Virus record (IMG/VR): IMGVR_UViG_3300033233_000014 | Location: 1-64,000 of that record | Length of the DNA stretch: 64,000 nt | Strand: one strand, 5' to 3' | DNA from: a virus | In this document: in pieces, positions 26,988 through 36,357 of the stretch | Layout: each line of letters begins with the position of its first letter | Position numbering within the stretch: position 1 is the stretch's first letter | The notes under the pieces: model-generated | Seen by the model: only the letters and a program-made list of their open reading frames with translations | Databases searched by the model: none | What the model was told of the DNA's origin: nothing | Program-made: the position numbers and the translations under genes

Positions 26988-29226
26988 CGGTGCCCTCCTC
27001 GTCCTTCGGAATCACCACGTCGGCGCCCTTCTGCGCGAGCCGCTGCGCGTGTGCCATCATCTCCGTGGCGATTCGGAAGCCCTCCGCTGGCGGCAACTTC
27101 ACCGGCGCAACCCCCAGGCGACCCTGTTCCGGCTTGAGCGCCTGCGCGCCCGCCGTCGGCTTCTTCGGGTCGGCAGGAACATACCCGTCCATCTCTCCGC
27201 TATCAAGCCCCTCCACCGAGATTCCTTCGGCAAACGGCTTGGAGGCCAGCGCCGCCATCCCCGGCACACCCGGCATCCCCGGCGTGCCCTTCGGCTTCGG
27301 CGGCGTCCCGCCCTCTCCGCCCCCGCCTTCGGCCGGCTGCTCCGGCGCGGGCGGCTTCTCCTCGTCGCGCGTGGCCACGAGCAGCGCGATGCGCCCGCTC
27401 ATCTCGGCCATCGCAATCGGGAGCGGCTTGTCGGCGAAGTAGTAGTCCTGCGGGAAGCGCGGCAGCTTGATCCGCTCGCGCAACTCGTTCGGCGTCATGG
27501 CGCCGAGCGAAGCGTAGACCTGGTCCATCCGGGCCGTGTCGAGCGGATCGGTGAGCGTCAGGCGCGCGAAGCGGAAGCGGACGCGGATCTGCTTGCGGGC
27601 GAGCGCATCCCGCCCCTCCTCATCGAGATCCTGCCGCTTGCCGATCTCGGTCTGCTGGCAGATGTGCCAGCAGAGCAAGTCGGACACGATGGTCTGGTTG
27701 ATGAGGTACTCCCGCGACAGCCGATCCGGTTCGAACTCCTGCTCGTTGGTGATCTCGCGTGACACGGCCGCCGACGCCTTGTTGACGTTCTCCGTCGAGA
27801 AGAACACCGGGGCCAGGCCGAAGATCTCCCGCACCTCCTCGTCGTTGGCCTTGCGATAGGTCTGGAACGAGGCGTCCTCGGTCACGCCGACGGTGAGTGG
27901 CTTCAACTCGACCATCACCTTGTTCTGCTGCTGGAACCCGACCTTGTGCGGCTCGACCTGGATGACCATGACCCGGTGCGCCTGCTCCACGCCCCGGCCC
28001 TTGCCCCGGATGAAGTCCTCGATCTGCTGCATCGACTCGTTGGTGACTCGCCCGCCCGAGACGAGCAGCGCCATGCGCGGCACCGCGTCGTTCTCGAAGA
28101 AGGAGACGTTGCGGATCGCCGCCTGGCGATTCCCCGCGATGGCCGACGCCGCCGGCACGTAGCGCGGCGCCCCGTAGTAGGTGCTGGTCGGGTCGTAGTT
28201 GCGGAAGTGCAGGATCTCGGTCGCCCGCTGGCCCGGCATGAGCATCTGCTCGCCCCCGTGCCAGACGCCGGTGAAGGAGTTCATGACCCGCAGATCCCCG
28301 AACTCCTTGAAGTACCGCTTCTGCGCGGCCCGGATCTGGATGAAGCCGTACACCCGTCGGGCCGTCGAACCATCGCCACGCCGGAAGCGCGGATCGGAGA
28401 GTCCGGACTTCATCAGCCGTCGCCGGATGGTCGTCGCCGGGCAATGGTGCAACTCGACGATCTTCCCGCTGTTGTCCCGGACGACCTCCAGGTAGCCGTT
28501 GCCGGTGGTCTCCTCGTCGACCTTGATCAGGTAGAAGACCTCGGTGAGCGGCAGCCGGATATTGGGGCGCTCGAACAGATCGCGCAGCAACTCCGTCTGC
28601 CACTCGATCGCGGCCTTCTCCTCCTCGAGGCTCAGGCGCTTCGTGGTCGACCGCAGCGCCCCCTCCGGCGGCTGCTGCGGCAACTGCGGCGCCTGGGGCA
28701 TCCCTGGCACCGTGGGTTGCGCGCGGCCATTCGTGCCGGTCCCCACCCAGCCATCCCACTTCTGGACGCCATCCGGACTCTGCGATCCTGCCGCCTCAGC
28801 TTCTTCGTTGGACGCCTGCGCCTCGCCCGACGGCGCCGGCGCCGAGGCCGGCACGCTCCTCGCCTGCGTCGAGATCGGGTGGATGGGCTCGATGCTCCAC
28901 CCGAGCCCCATCGTGTTCCGCGCGAACGTCCGGATGCACCGCGAGAGGCGGGTATTCTGCGTCGGCGCCTGCGCCCAGATGAGCGGGTTGTACCGCGGCG
29001 CCACGAACTCGCCCGCCGCCAGTTGCTCGAACGACTCGTCGAGTTGCTGCGAGTGATGCCGGACATCCGGCGCCACCTGTTCCGCCCGCGCCTTCTCGAC
29101 GTCCGGCTGCTGCCCGCCGCCCAGCGTGAGCACGCGCAGGAGGCCCCCCAGGCGGCCCGGCTCGACCTCTTTTGAGATGAGCGCCTCAGCCACTTCAGGC
29201 GCCGCCGTCGGCCAAGCCTTATCCAT
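26974..29226 (-). CDS. Portal protein
   Basis: DEETTGNGYLEVVRD, EILHF, YYGAP, FFENDAVP, MTPNELRE. Confidence 0.93.
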   Translation of the reverse strand: MDKAWPTAAPEVAEALISKEVEPGRLGGLLRVLTLGGGQQPDVEKARAEQVAPDVRHHSQQLDESFEQLAAGEFVAPRYNPLIWAQAPTQNTRLSRCIRTFARNTMGLGWSIEPIHPISTQARSVPASAPAPSGEAQASNEEAEAAGSQSPDGVQKWDGWVGTGTNGRAQPTVPGMPQAPQLPQQPPEGALRSTTKRLSLEEEKAAIEWQTELLRDLFERPNIRLPLTEVFYLIKVDEETTGNGYLEVVRDNSGKIVELHHCPATTIRRRLMKSGLSDPRFRRGDGSTARRVYGFIQIRAAQKRYFKEFGDLRVMNSFTGVWHGGEQMLMPGQRATEILHFRNYDPTSTYYGAPRYVPAASAIAGNRQAAIRNVSFFENDAVPRMALLVSGGRVTNESMQQIEDFIRGKGRGVEQAHRVMVIQVEPHKVGFQQQNKVMVELKPLTVGVTEDASFQTYRKANDEEVREIFGLAPVFFSTENVNKASAAVSREITNEQEFEPDRLSREYLINQTIVSDLLCWHICQQTEIGKRQDLDEEGRDALARKQIRVRFRFARLTLTDPLDTARMDQVYASLGAMTPNELRERIKLPRFPQDYYFADKPLPIAMAEMSGRIALLVATRDEEKPPAPEQPAEGGGGEGGTPPKPKGTPGMPGVPGMAALASKPFAEGISVEGLDSGEMDGYVPADPKKPTAGAQALKPEQGRLGVAPVKLPPAEGFRIATEMMAHAQRLAQKGADVVIPKDEEGTDGSK

Positions 29227-29234
29227 CCGCAAGA

Positions 29235-29263
29235 ACCCTATCGCGCACCCGGCCTCCTATCAA
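29235..29263 (-). promoter_or_regulatory. Candidate promoter TTGATA-17-TAGGGT for the head operon
   Basis: 17-nt spacing; 8 nt before the portal ATG. Confidence 0.5.
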
Positions 29264-29298
29264 GCCTCACGCACACATATTTGCCAACCGCACCGTCG

Positions 29299-29844
29299 CT
29301 AATCCACCGTGGCCTTCACCGTCTTCACCGACACCAACGGATCAGCCGCGTCGAACTGCGCCAGGTCGAGATCGACCGCCTGCACGTCCGGGATCGTCGC
29401 CGCCGCGATCGCCTCGTCGATCTTCGCGTAGAAGTGCCCAAGCACCGCGTTCACCCAGTCCATCACGCTCTGCACCAGCGCCACCCGGTTCGGCCACCCC
29501 TTCGATACACCCTCGGTCCAGAGGGACTGGAGCGATGCCTGCTGCCCCGGGTCGTAGTGCTTGGCGACGTAGGCCGTGACCCGCAGTTTGAACTGGAGCG
29601 ACCGCAGCTTCTTCGCCGACACCAAATCGGGCGTCGTCGGATCGGTCACCGCGTACCCCTTCGCCGCCAGGTCGGCCTCAACCTTCGCTTGGATCGTCGC
29701 GTCGGCCGTCCCGCTCGGGAACATGTACGACTCGTGGACCAGTGCGCCGTCCACCAGGACGCCGTCCACCGCGATCAGCGTCTCCGATGTCCCGTCGAAG
29801 GGGTTCGCCTGCGTCTTCGTCGTCTTCGTGAACGTGACGGCCAT
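29299..29844 (-). CDS. Hypothetical protein (fibre-chaperone / DUF4376-like C-terminus)
   Basis: WV..V...F..KI..I.AA.TI..V.AVD pattern. Confidence 0.5.
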   Translation of the reverse strand: MAVTFTKTTKTQANPFDGTSETLIAVDGVLVDGALVHESYMFPSGTADATIQAKVEADLAAKGYAVTDPTTPDLVSAKKLRSLQFKLRVTAYVAKHYDPGQQASLQSLWTEGVSKGWPNRVALVQSVMDWVNAVLGHFYAKIDEAIAAATIPDVQAVDLDLAQFDAADPLVSVKTVKATVD

Positions 29845-29846
29845 GC

Positions 29847-30122
29847 TTACCTCTCAGACGCCTGCCACTCAACGCTCAACGACACCGCCGCCTGAAACCC
29901 GATGGTGAACCCGATGTAGTCGCCATTCCCGTCCCGCTGGTCCGACACGCGGTACGGGATGTACGACGTCGGGTCAAGCAGCGTCAGCGACACCCGCGGC
30001 TTCCGCTTGAACTTCACCGGATCGCCGTCCTTGTTCGTGAACAGCACGGTGGCCGTCTGCGTCCCGTTGAACCGGACGAGCCCGGCCACCACGTTCACGT
30101 CGATCGCGAGATGCCTTGGCAC
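29847..30122 (-). CDS. Small hypothetical structural protein
   Basis: GGAGG RBS, packed. Confidence 0.55.
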   Translation of the reverse strand: MPRHLAIDVNVVAGLVRFNGTQTATVLFTNKDGDPVKFKRKPRVSLTLLDPTSYIPYRVSDQRDGNGDYIGFTIGFQAAVSLSVEWQASER

Positions 30123-30134
30123 GTTTCCTCCCCT

Positions 30135-30446
30135 CTACATCTTCTTCGTCGTCAGCACGCCCGATGTGTCCACCGTGACCTTCCAGGACACGCCGTTGGC
30201 GTCCGGCAAGAAGAGACTCCTCGGCATCGGCGTCGGGTCGTGGACGGCCACCACCGCCGCCGCGGCGGTCTTCTCGGCGCTGCTCGGCGCCGTGCTCCAA
30301 ACGATCCGCGTGCCCGCAAACCCCGACGGATTCAGTTGCACCGACTCGATGGCGGTGGTGATCCCAGGATCGGCCACCAGTTCTTCGTGGAGCTTGCCGA
30401 CTCGGCTCGTCGTGCCGGGGAAATCTTGGCTGAATGTTGATGCCAT
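30135..30446 (-). CDS. Small hypothetical structural protein
   Basis: LPDANGVSWKVTVDTSGVL fibre-like motif. Confidence 0.55.
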   Translation of the reverse strand: MASTFSQDFPGTTSRVGKLHEELVADPGITTAIESVQLNPSGFAGTRIVWSTAPSSAEKTAAAAVVAVHDPTPMPRSLFLPDANGVSWKVTVDTSGVLTTKKM

Positions 30447-30449
30447 CGG

Positions 30450-31388
30450 TTACGCCACCCTCACGAGCGCCAACTGGCGCTCGTGCATCGTCGCCGTGCC
30501 CGCCGATGTCCGCCACCGCCCGTCGATCGCTTGCGCCCCGTTCACCGTCACCAAGGCCATCGTCATGAACGAGGTCGCCTCGTTCGTGCCCGGCGCGTCC
30601 GTGGTTCGCTGCGATGCCGCGACCTGCGTGCCCCCCGAGTAGATTGAAGTGTGCATGATCGCGGCCCCGTTCGAGGACTGCATCGAAGAGCCGAACCACA
30701 CCAAGTACGTCCCCGCCGCCGGGGTGGCCGACATGCCCGTCGCCACCACGTCGGTCGCCGAGGTCGTCGTGATGTCGCCCGTCGCCTCGGTGATCGAGGC
30801 GTTCAGCAGACTCGCAAGTACCGACAACGGCAGATTGTGGACGTGGTCGGCCCGCGCGAGCGAGGTCGCCACGCCCTCCGCATTCGCCGATCCCACGTCC
30901 ACCGGGACCGCCGTCGTGACATCGTGCTTGTGGTCGGCCCGCGCAACCGTGGTCGCGGCACCAGCCGAAGCCGCGGCCTTCGTGACGTTCGCTGGCGCCG
31001 CCGGGGCCGGAAGCGCGTGGGCGTGATCGCTTCGTGCCAGGGAAGTTGCCGCGCCCTCGGCAGCGGCATCGCCAACGGCAATCGTGCCCGAAGCCGCGGT
31101 CGAGACATCGTGCTTGTGGTCCGCTCGCGCCGAAGTCAGCGCCGCACCCGACGCCGCCGCGGCCTTGGTAACGTTCGCGGGGGCCACCTCCGCCAAGTGC
31201 GTCGCTACCTCCATGATCCGGGTGACGTTCGTCGTGGAGCCATCGTCCAGCTTCAGGAAGGTCTGGATCGTCCCCTCTCGAACGATGATCGACCCCGCCA
31301 GCGCGTCGGTCGCCACGGACGCCGGGTCGTGGTCAACGACCACCACCAGCTTGCCGTTGCCGAGGTCGTTTGTGCCCTTGACCGCCAT
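30450..31388 (-). CDS. Fibre-like protein with (A/S)R(A/S)DHxH repeats
   Basis: Four ARADHKH / ARSDHAH / ARADHVH units. Confidence 0.7.
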   Translation of the reverse strand: MAVKGTNDLGNGKLVVVVDHDPASVATDALAGSIIVREGTIQTFLKLDDGSTTNVTRIMEVATHLAEVAPANVTKAAAASGAALTSARADHKHDVSTAASGTIAVGDAAAEGAATSLARSDHAHALPAPAAPANVTKAAASAGAATTVARADHKHDVTTAVPVDVGSANAEGVATSLARADHVHNLPLSVLASLLNASITEATGDITTTSATDVVATGMSATPAAGTYLVWFGSSMQSSNGAAIMHTSIYSGGTQVAASQRTTDAPGTNEATSFMTMALVTVNGAQAIDGRWRTSAGTATMHERQLALVRVA

Positions 31389-33088
31389 TAGGCCACCTGC
31401 ACCGTGCGGTGCTGGGACTTCCAGTTGATCGTCGTCGCCGCGAGCCCGGTCACCCGGACACGGCCGTTGTTCCCGCCGTCCACGTCAATGTTCACGTCCA
31501 GCGCGCCGTTTGACTCGCGCGAGAAGTCGCTCTGGACGGCCCCCTGCACGGTCGCCGCCCCCGCCCCGGTTCGGTAGATCAGCGCCCGAGCGACGTACCC
31601 GGCCCGGACGCCCCCGGCCTCCTTCGCGACGATGTACGCCTCGACGAGGACAGCCGTGTCCGCCGGGATCGCGATAGTCGCGATCGTGGCCTCGGTGGCG
31701 TTGACCGTCGTGAGAGTGTTCTCGGTCACCAGGCCATCAAGCGTCGTCTTGTCGGCCGCGGACATGAACCCTGCCGTCGACGGGGTCGCGACGGCATGCA
31801 GCGTCCCGCCCCCACGACTCCCGTGCGCGTGCAAGTGGTCCGAGCGGGACAACGAGGTCGCCGAACCCTCCCCGTTTGTCGAGTCCGTGATCTCGATGGC
31901 CGCCGCGGTGCTTACGTCGTGCTTGTGGTCCGCGCGGGCGACCGTGGTTGCCGCTCCAGCGGAGGCCGCAGCCTTCGTCACGTCCGCCGGTGCAGCCGGC
32001 GCCGGGAGCGCGTGCTTGTGGTCGCTCCGCGCCAAGGTGGCCGCCGCGCCTTCTGCCGCCGCGTCCCCAACCGCGATCGTGCCTGCCGCCGCGGTCGAAA
32101 CGTCGTGCTTGTGGTCCGCCCGGGAGAACGAAGTCGACGCGCCCTCCGCGTTCGCCGCCTTGGTCACGTCCACCGGCACGTCGGCCGCAATGGCGTGCTT
32201 GTGATCCGCCCGAGAGAACGCGGTAGACACGCCCTCAAGCGCCGTGTCGTCCGGAAGAATCGCGCCCGGCACATCCGCCGCGATGGCATGCTTGTGATCG
32301 GAGCGGGCCAGCGTCGCCGCCGATCCCGCCGCCGCCGCATCGTCGGGCAGGATCGTCCCGGCCGCGGCCGTCGGGATCGAGTGCTTGTGGTCCGCCCGCG
32401 GCACCATGTCCGACACGCCGGGGGCCTCCGCCCCCGCGTCGGCGTCCGCCAGTTCGGCCACGCCCCCGTAGTCGAGGTCGAGGTGCGCCTGGTTCGCGCC
32501 TCCCGCCGAGGCGATGATACCCTTCCTGGCGTTGAGGAACGTCGTCGCTCCCTGGACGCTTGCGCCATCCTCCTGAGTAGCGAAACTGGCGGCGACAATC
32601 GCCCCGGGCACGTCGATATTGGTTCGGTCGTTGCCGGGATCGTCCGTTGCCACGACGCCGACCCCAGTGAAGTTGATCCGCTTCCGCAGCGGCAGGGACA
32701 CGCCCTCATCCTGCGGCTCGATCTTCTGCGCGTCGGCGAGCAAGCCGGACAGCCCCTCCACGTTGATCTCGTCAGCGCCGCCATCCTCGTGGGATCCGGC
32801 GTGGGACAGCGGCACCGACGACGGATTCACCTTGAACCAGCGGCCTGGTCCTCCGTCATCCGGCGCGAGGATCAGGTCGCCGTCGTCTGCCCCAACGCCC
32901 TGCGCGTCGAAGCGGTAAGTGGCGCCCACGTCCTCGACGAGCCTCCCCTGCTTGTCGGCCCGCGCCGAGGCGGGGACGGCCCGGAGATCCGCGATCGTCT
33001 GGAGCGCCGGGCCGTAGGAGAGCGTCGTCTCGGTGGCTGCCGCCGCCTCAAGCCCCGCCACGGTGACGAAGGCATTCTGGACAGCCAT
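31388..33088 (-). CDS. Fibre-like protein with R(A/S)DHxH repeats
   Basis: Seven ~30-aa repeats ending RADHKH / RSDHKH / RSDHLH; HAGSH..GG.D motif. Confidence 0.72.
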   Translation of the reverse strand: MAVQNAFVTVAGLEAAAATETTLSYGPALQTIADLRAVPASARADKQGRLVEDVGATYRFDAQGVGADDGDLILAPDDGGPGRWFKVNPSSVPLSHAGSHEDGGADEINVEGLSGLLADAQKIEPQDEGVSLPLRKRINFTGVGVVATDDPGNDRTNIDVPGAIVAASFATQEDGASVQGATTFLNARKGIIASAGGANQAHLDLDYGGVAELADADAGAEAPGVSDMVPRADHKHSIPTAAAGTILPDDAAAAGSAATLARSDHKHAIAADVPGAILPDDTALEGVSTAFSRADHKHAIAADVPVDVTKAANAEGASTSFSRADHKHDVSTAAAGTIAVGDAAAEGAAATLARSDHKHALPAPAAPADVTKAAASAGAATTVARADHKHDVSTAAAIEITDSTNGEGSATSLSRSDHLHAHGSRGGGTLHAVATPSTAGFMSAADKTTLDGLVTENTLTTVNATEATIATIAIPADTAVLVEAYIVAKEAGGVRAGYVARALIYRTGAGAATVQGAVQSDFSRESNGALDVNIDVDGGNNGRVRVTGLAATTINWKSQHRTVQVA

Positions 33089-33091
33089 GCG

Positions 33092-33457
33092 CTACCCGAC
33101 CTGGTCCCGGCGCTCCTCCCAGACGAGGCTGAGCGAGTGCTTCTCAACACCCGCCGGAGCGGCTCCCGCGGACACCACCCGGATGCCCTCGTCGTTGCCC
33201 ATCGCGATGGCAAGGTCGAAGAAGGCGTCCGCCTGCGCCGGATTCAGGGTGACCGTCGCGATGACCGACTCGACGTCGCTGAACCGCTTCGTGATCGAGA
33301 GCGTCATCGCCCCCGCGAAGTCCCGGTGATAGGTGAAGTTGCGGAACCGCCAGGGGACGTAGGGATGCCGGACCTCGAGGTCGATCTCCGGTGCTGGCGA
33401 CGCGCCGGTGCGGCATTGGAAGGCCGGATTCGCGTGCCTGACCAGTTCCGTCGCCAT
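33092..33457 (-). CDS. Hypothetical protein
   Basis: GGAGG RBS, packed. Confidence 0.55.
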   Translation of the reverse strand: MATELVRHANPAFQCRTGASPAPEIDLEVRHPYVPWRFRNFTYHRDFAGAMTLSITKRFSDVESVIATVTLNPAQADAFFDLAIAMGNDEGIRVVSAGAAPAGVEKHSLSLVWEERRDQVG

Positions 33458-33541
33458 GCGTTCTGCCCTCCACGCCAGCGGGACGGCGGGCGGCCCGGCA
33501 CGTCGCCTGGCCGTCCGGCCGCTCCGTTGTCGTCCGTCGCG

Positions 33542-33784
33542 CTAGACGCTCGCCCGAGAGTCGAGCAGCTCGAGCTTCGGCGTGAGCGCCGCCGCCGCCG
33601 TCTGGAACGCCGCGAAGTTGGCCGCCGCCGCGATGGCAGCGAACAACTCCTGGCGCTCCTCGATGAGCGCCACGACGATGTCGCGCACGTCCCAGATGTC
33701 CGAGCCGCCTCGGCTGAACTCGGGCCGGATCTTGATGGTCTGCCCGTCGCCGATCTGCTTGGGATCTCCGCCACCTGCAGGCAT
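33542..33784 (-). CDS. Small hypothetical (possible capsid decoration) protein
   Basis: AAGGAGG RBS. Confidence 0.55.
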   Translation of the reverse strand: MPAGGGDPKQIGDGQTIKIRPEFSRGGSDIWDVRDIVVALIEERQELFAAIAAAANFAAFQTAAAALTPKLELLDSRASV

Positions 33785-33794
33785 GGGTGCCTCC

Positions 33795-34433
33795 TTATGC
33801 CATCTCGGACCAGAAGTAGGTGCCCTGCACGTCCGCCAAGGCGCGCAGGAACGCTACTCCATCCCGAGGCCGCAGCATCATACCACTACCGGCTCCGGCA
33901 ATACCATCCTCCAGAATCGCGCGGACGATCTGCGTCTCGGCGCCCGTCCGCACCACCACCCGCTCGCCGTCGAGCGCGAAACTCGCGAACGCCCGGGGCT
34001 TCCCCTCGGCGTCGAGCCCCATGAGCCGGATCCCGGGGTGGTCGGGGAAGCCCCCGGCCCCCCATTGGGTGCGGCGGTGCTCCAACTCGGCGACCACCTC
34101 GGGCCAGTTCCCGCGGAACTGGATCGCCCGGTCGTCGACCGTCGCGTGGAAGTGAATCTTGCGGACCTTCTGATGCGCGTCGCTCTCGGGGTTCTCGTTG
34201 ATGTAGTCGAAGGGCACGCCGTGGCGCTGCAGCACCTGCCGCACCCGCTTGAGGTCGTGGTTGCCCGTCCAGATGATCACCCGCCAGCCGTTCTGCTGGA
34301 GATGCGCAAGCGCCGCCTTGGCGCCGGGCAGGACTTCCTCGTCCTCATCGATGAGGGTGAGGTCGTAGTCCACCGCCACGGTCGGCGGTTCGTCCCGCTG
34401 GACGGTTACCAGAGAGTGCCGAGTCGTCTCCAC
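33795..34433 (-). CDS. HAD-family phosphatase-like protein
   Basis: VAVDYDLTL (motif I), IIWTG, K, VDDRA; start uncertain. Confidence 0.75.
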   Translation of the reverse strand: METTRHSLVTVQRDEPPTVAVDYDLTLIDEDEEVLPGAKAALAHLQQNGWRVIIWTGNHDLKRVRQVLQRHGVPFDYINENPESDAHQKVRKIHFHATVDDRAIQFRGNWPEVVAELEHRRTQWGAGGFPDHPGIRLMGLDAEGKPRAFASFALDGERVVVRTGAETQIVRAILEDGIAGAGSGMMLRPRDGVAFLRALADVQGTYFWSEMA

Positions 34434-35311
34434 GCCTGGGTCCGTTGCAACTCGAGCAGCCTCTGCGTCACGCCCCCCGCCTCGTCGTGCTGGAAGTCGG
34501 CAGTCGCGAGCACCCGCCGGATCGTGTCGGGCGCGACCGCCTGGATCTCGGCCCGCACCTGCGGGTGGATCATCTGCCCCTTGAGGTGCTTTCCGACGCT
34601 CGAGCGCATCCAGCGGCGGTCGTCCCCCTGGGGGAAGGTGTAGCCGTTGTCGATCGCGTAGACACGCCGCCCCTCGTCCATGATGAAGTTGTTCGCGTGC
34701 CGGTCGATCTGGCCGGTGATGAAGTCGAACGCGGCGAGCCGGTGCAGCCACAGGTTCCCCGTGTCCGTCCGGTAGTCGTAGCCGCGGTTGAGCCACTCCC
34801 AGGCCGTCGGTGCGTTCACCCACGCCTGCACGCTCCCCGTCCCGACGCCCTCGATCTCCCGCAGGATGGTCGGCGGCACCAGCCCGAAGCCGCAGGCGCG
34901 GTCGATCTGGTAGGCCAGCACCTCGCGCTCGGCGCCCGTCACCCGGGGATCCATGCTCTCGCGGAAGCGCCGGTTCTCGCGGTGCAGCACCGTGGTCTTC
35001 AGGACCGCCTGGCGTGTCGTGACCAGCCCCGCGTCGATCCCTGAGCGGAAGACGAGGCGGTAGGGGCGGTGGAGGCCCTGCGGCTTCCATTCCCCCTTGG
35101 CGATGTGCCCGATCGGCGAGATCTCGATCTCTTCGGCATCCCGGAGCGCGAGGCAGAGGATCTCGTCTGATGGCGCGGGGCGCTGCCCCGACGGAATCGA
35201 TCCCTGCAGGTTCTTGAGGAACCCGATCCCCAACGCGGTCCCGGGCTCCGGCTCGCCGGCCAGCGGGCGGAGGAGAAACGCCCGCAGCCGGCTCGCTTCC
35301 GGCGTCCGCAT
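34406..35311 (-). CDS. PI3/PI4-kinase-like (HipA-related) kinase
   Basis: AVLK, REVLAYQID...GLVPPT, GSVQAWV, FDFITGQIDRHANN, AIDNG. Confidence 0.85.
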   Translation of the reverse strand: MRTPEASRLRAFLLRPLAGEPEPGTALGIGFLKNLQGSIPSGQRPAPSDEILCLALRDAEEIEISPIGHIAKGEWKPQGLHRPYRLVFRSGIDAGLVTTRQAVLKTTVLHRENRRFRESMDPRVTGAEREVLAYQIDRACGFGLVPPTILREIEGVGTGSVQAWVNAPTAWEWLNRGYDYRTDTGNLWLHRLAAFDFITGQIDRHANNFIMDEGRRVYAIDNGYTFPQGDDRRWMRSSVGKHLKGQMIHPQVRAEIQAVAPDTIRRVLATADFQHDEAGGVTQRLLELQRTQAWRRLGTLW

Positions 35312-35318
35312 GCGCCGC

Positions 35319-35702
35319 CTAGTCCGGGTCGCCGACGCAGAGGAACTGGATGCGCTGGCCGATGGAGCCGTTCGTCTCCACCTCGAGGTCCAGCACGCCC
35401 GACGGTCCCGGCGTGTTCGGCGTGATCGCGGCGAGCAGCATCTTGTACGCCTTCGCCGTGAAGGTCGCCACGCCGTCGAACTTCAGCTTCGCTCCGTCCC
35501 CGCCCGCGTTGAGCATGAACCACAGCGGGTTGGCGATGCTGGCGACAAGCGGCGCGAAGTCGATGGACACCGGGCCGCCGGCCCCGAACGTGTCATCGAG
35601 CAGCGCCTTGGCGTTCGCGCCAACGCCGGTGACGGTACGCGCGAGGGTCACGCCATCGCTGGTCGTGAGTCCCGCGTTCGCGTTGAAGGTGAAGTTCGCC
35701 AT
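35319..35702 (-). CDS. Hypothetical structural protein
   Basis: GAGGAG RBS. Confidence 0.6.
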   Translation of the reverse strand: MANFTFNANAGLTTSDGVTLARTVTGVGANAKALLDDTFGAGGPVSIDFAPLVASIANPLWFMLNAGGDGAKLKFDGVATFTAKAYKMLLAAITPNTPGPSGVLDLEVETNGSIGQRIQFLCVGDPD

Positions 35703-35718
35703 CTGCGCTCCTCCTCAG

Positions 35719-36348
35719 TTACCCCTGTAGGGGCTCGAAAACGTGGGTGTGCCCGTCCGCTTCGTCCGTCAGTCCCATGACGGAAACGGCGTGGGCGTGT
35801 CCATTCACGAAGTCCGTCTTGCCTCGCACCACGCGCTGGTCGCGGTTCATGATGACCGTGATCCGGTGCTTGTGCGACGGCGCATGCAAGCCCGCCTCCT
35901 GGCTCGAGGTGGCCTGCACCTTCTTCTCGCCCGCCTCGCTCCGCGGCTGCCAATGCCGCGGATCCTCGACGTCACCCACCACCGTCGGCGCCGGGCTGGC
36001 GGCCAGCATGACGTTCGTCGCCGGCTGCACGATCGGCTCGCCGGAGTTCTGGAACGCCTTCACGACGAACTTCTCGCAGGAGCCGGTGGCCGTCATCGCC
36101 AACTTCCACTCCCGGCACACCCCGATCGGCAGTCCGTCGGCGTCCTTCTCGAGCCGCGCGTCGAAGCTGCTGCAGTTGCCGCACGCCTTGGCGATCCCCG
36201 CCGGCCGCCCATTCGCCACCGGCCGCTTGAGATACGCCACGTCGCCCTGGATCGTGACGAGATCCCACCCATCCTCCCCGAGCCCCTTGAGGCGATCGGT
36301 AAGAGGAGTGGTCCCCCGGCTCTCGATGGTGGTGTACTCGAGCTTCAT
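35719..36348 (-). CDS. Hypothetical metal-binding protein
   Basis: LGEDGWDLV N-terminus, CGNC..C..C, HKH / GHAH / GHTH motifs. Confidence 0.6.
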   Translation of the reverse strand: MKLEYTTIESRGTTPLTDRLKGLGEDGWDLVTIQGDVAYLKRPVANGRPAGIAKACGNCSSFDARLEKDADGLPIGVCREWKLAMTATGSCEKFVVKAFQNSGEPIVQPATNVMLAASPAPTVVGDVEDPRHWQPRSEAGEKKVQATSSQEAGLHAPSHKHRITVIMNRDQRVVRGKTDFVNGHAHAVSVMGLTDEADGHTHVFEPLQG

Positions 36349-36357
36349 CGGTTCCGG

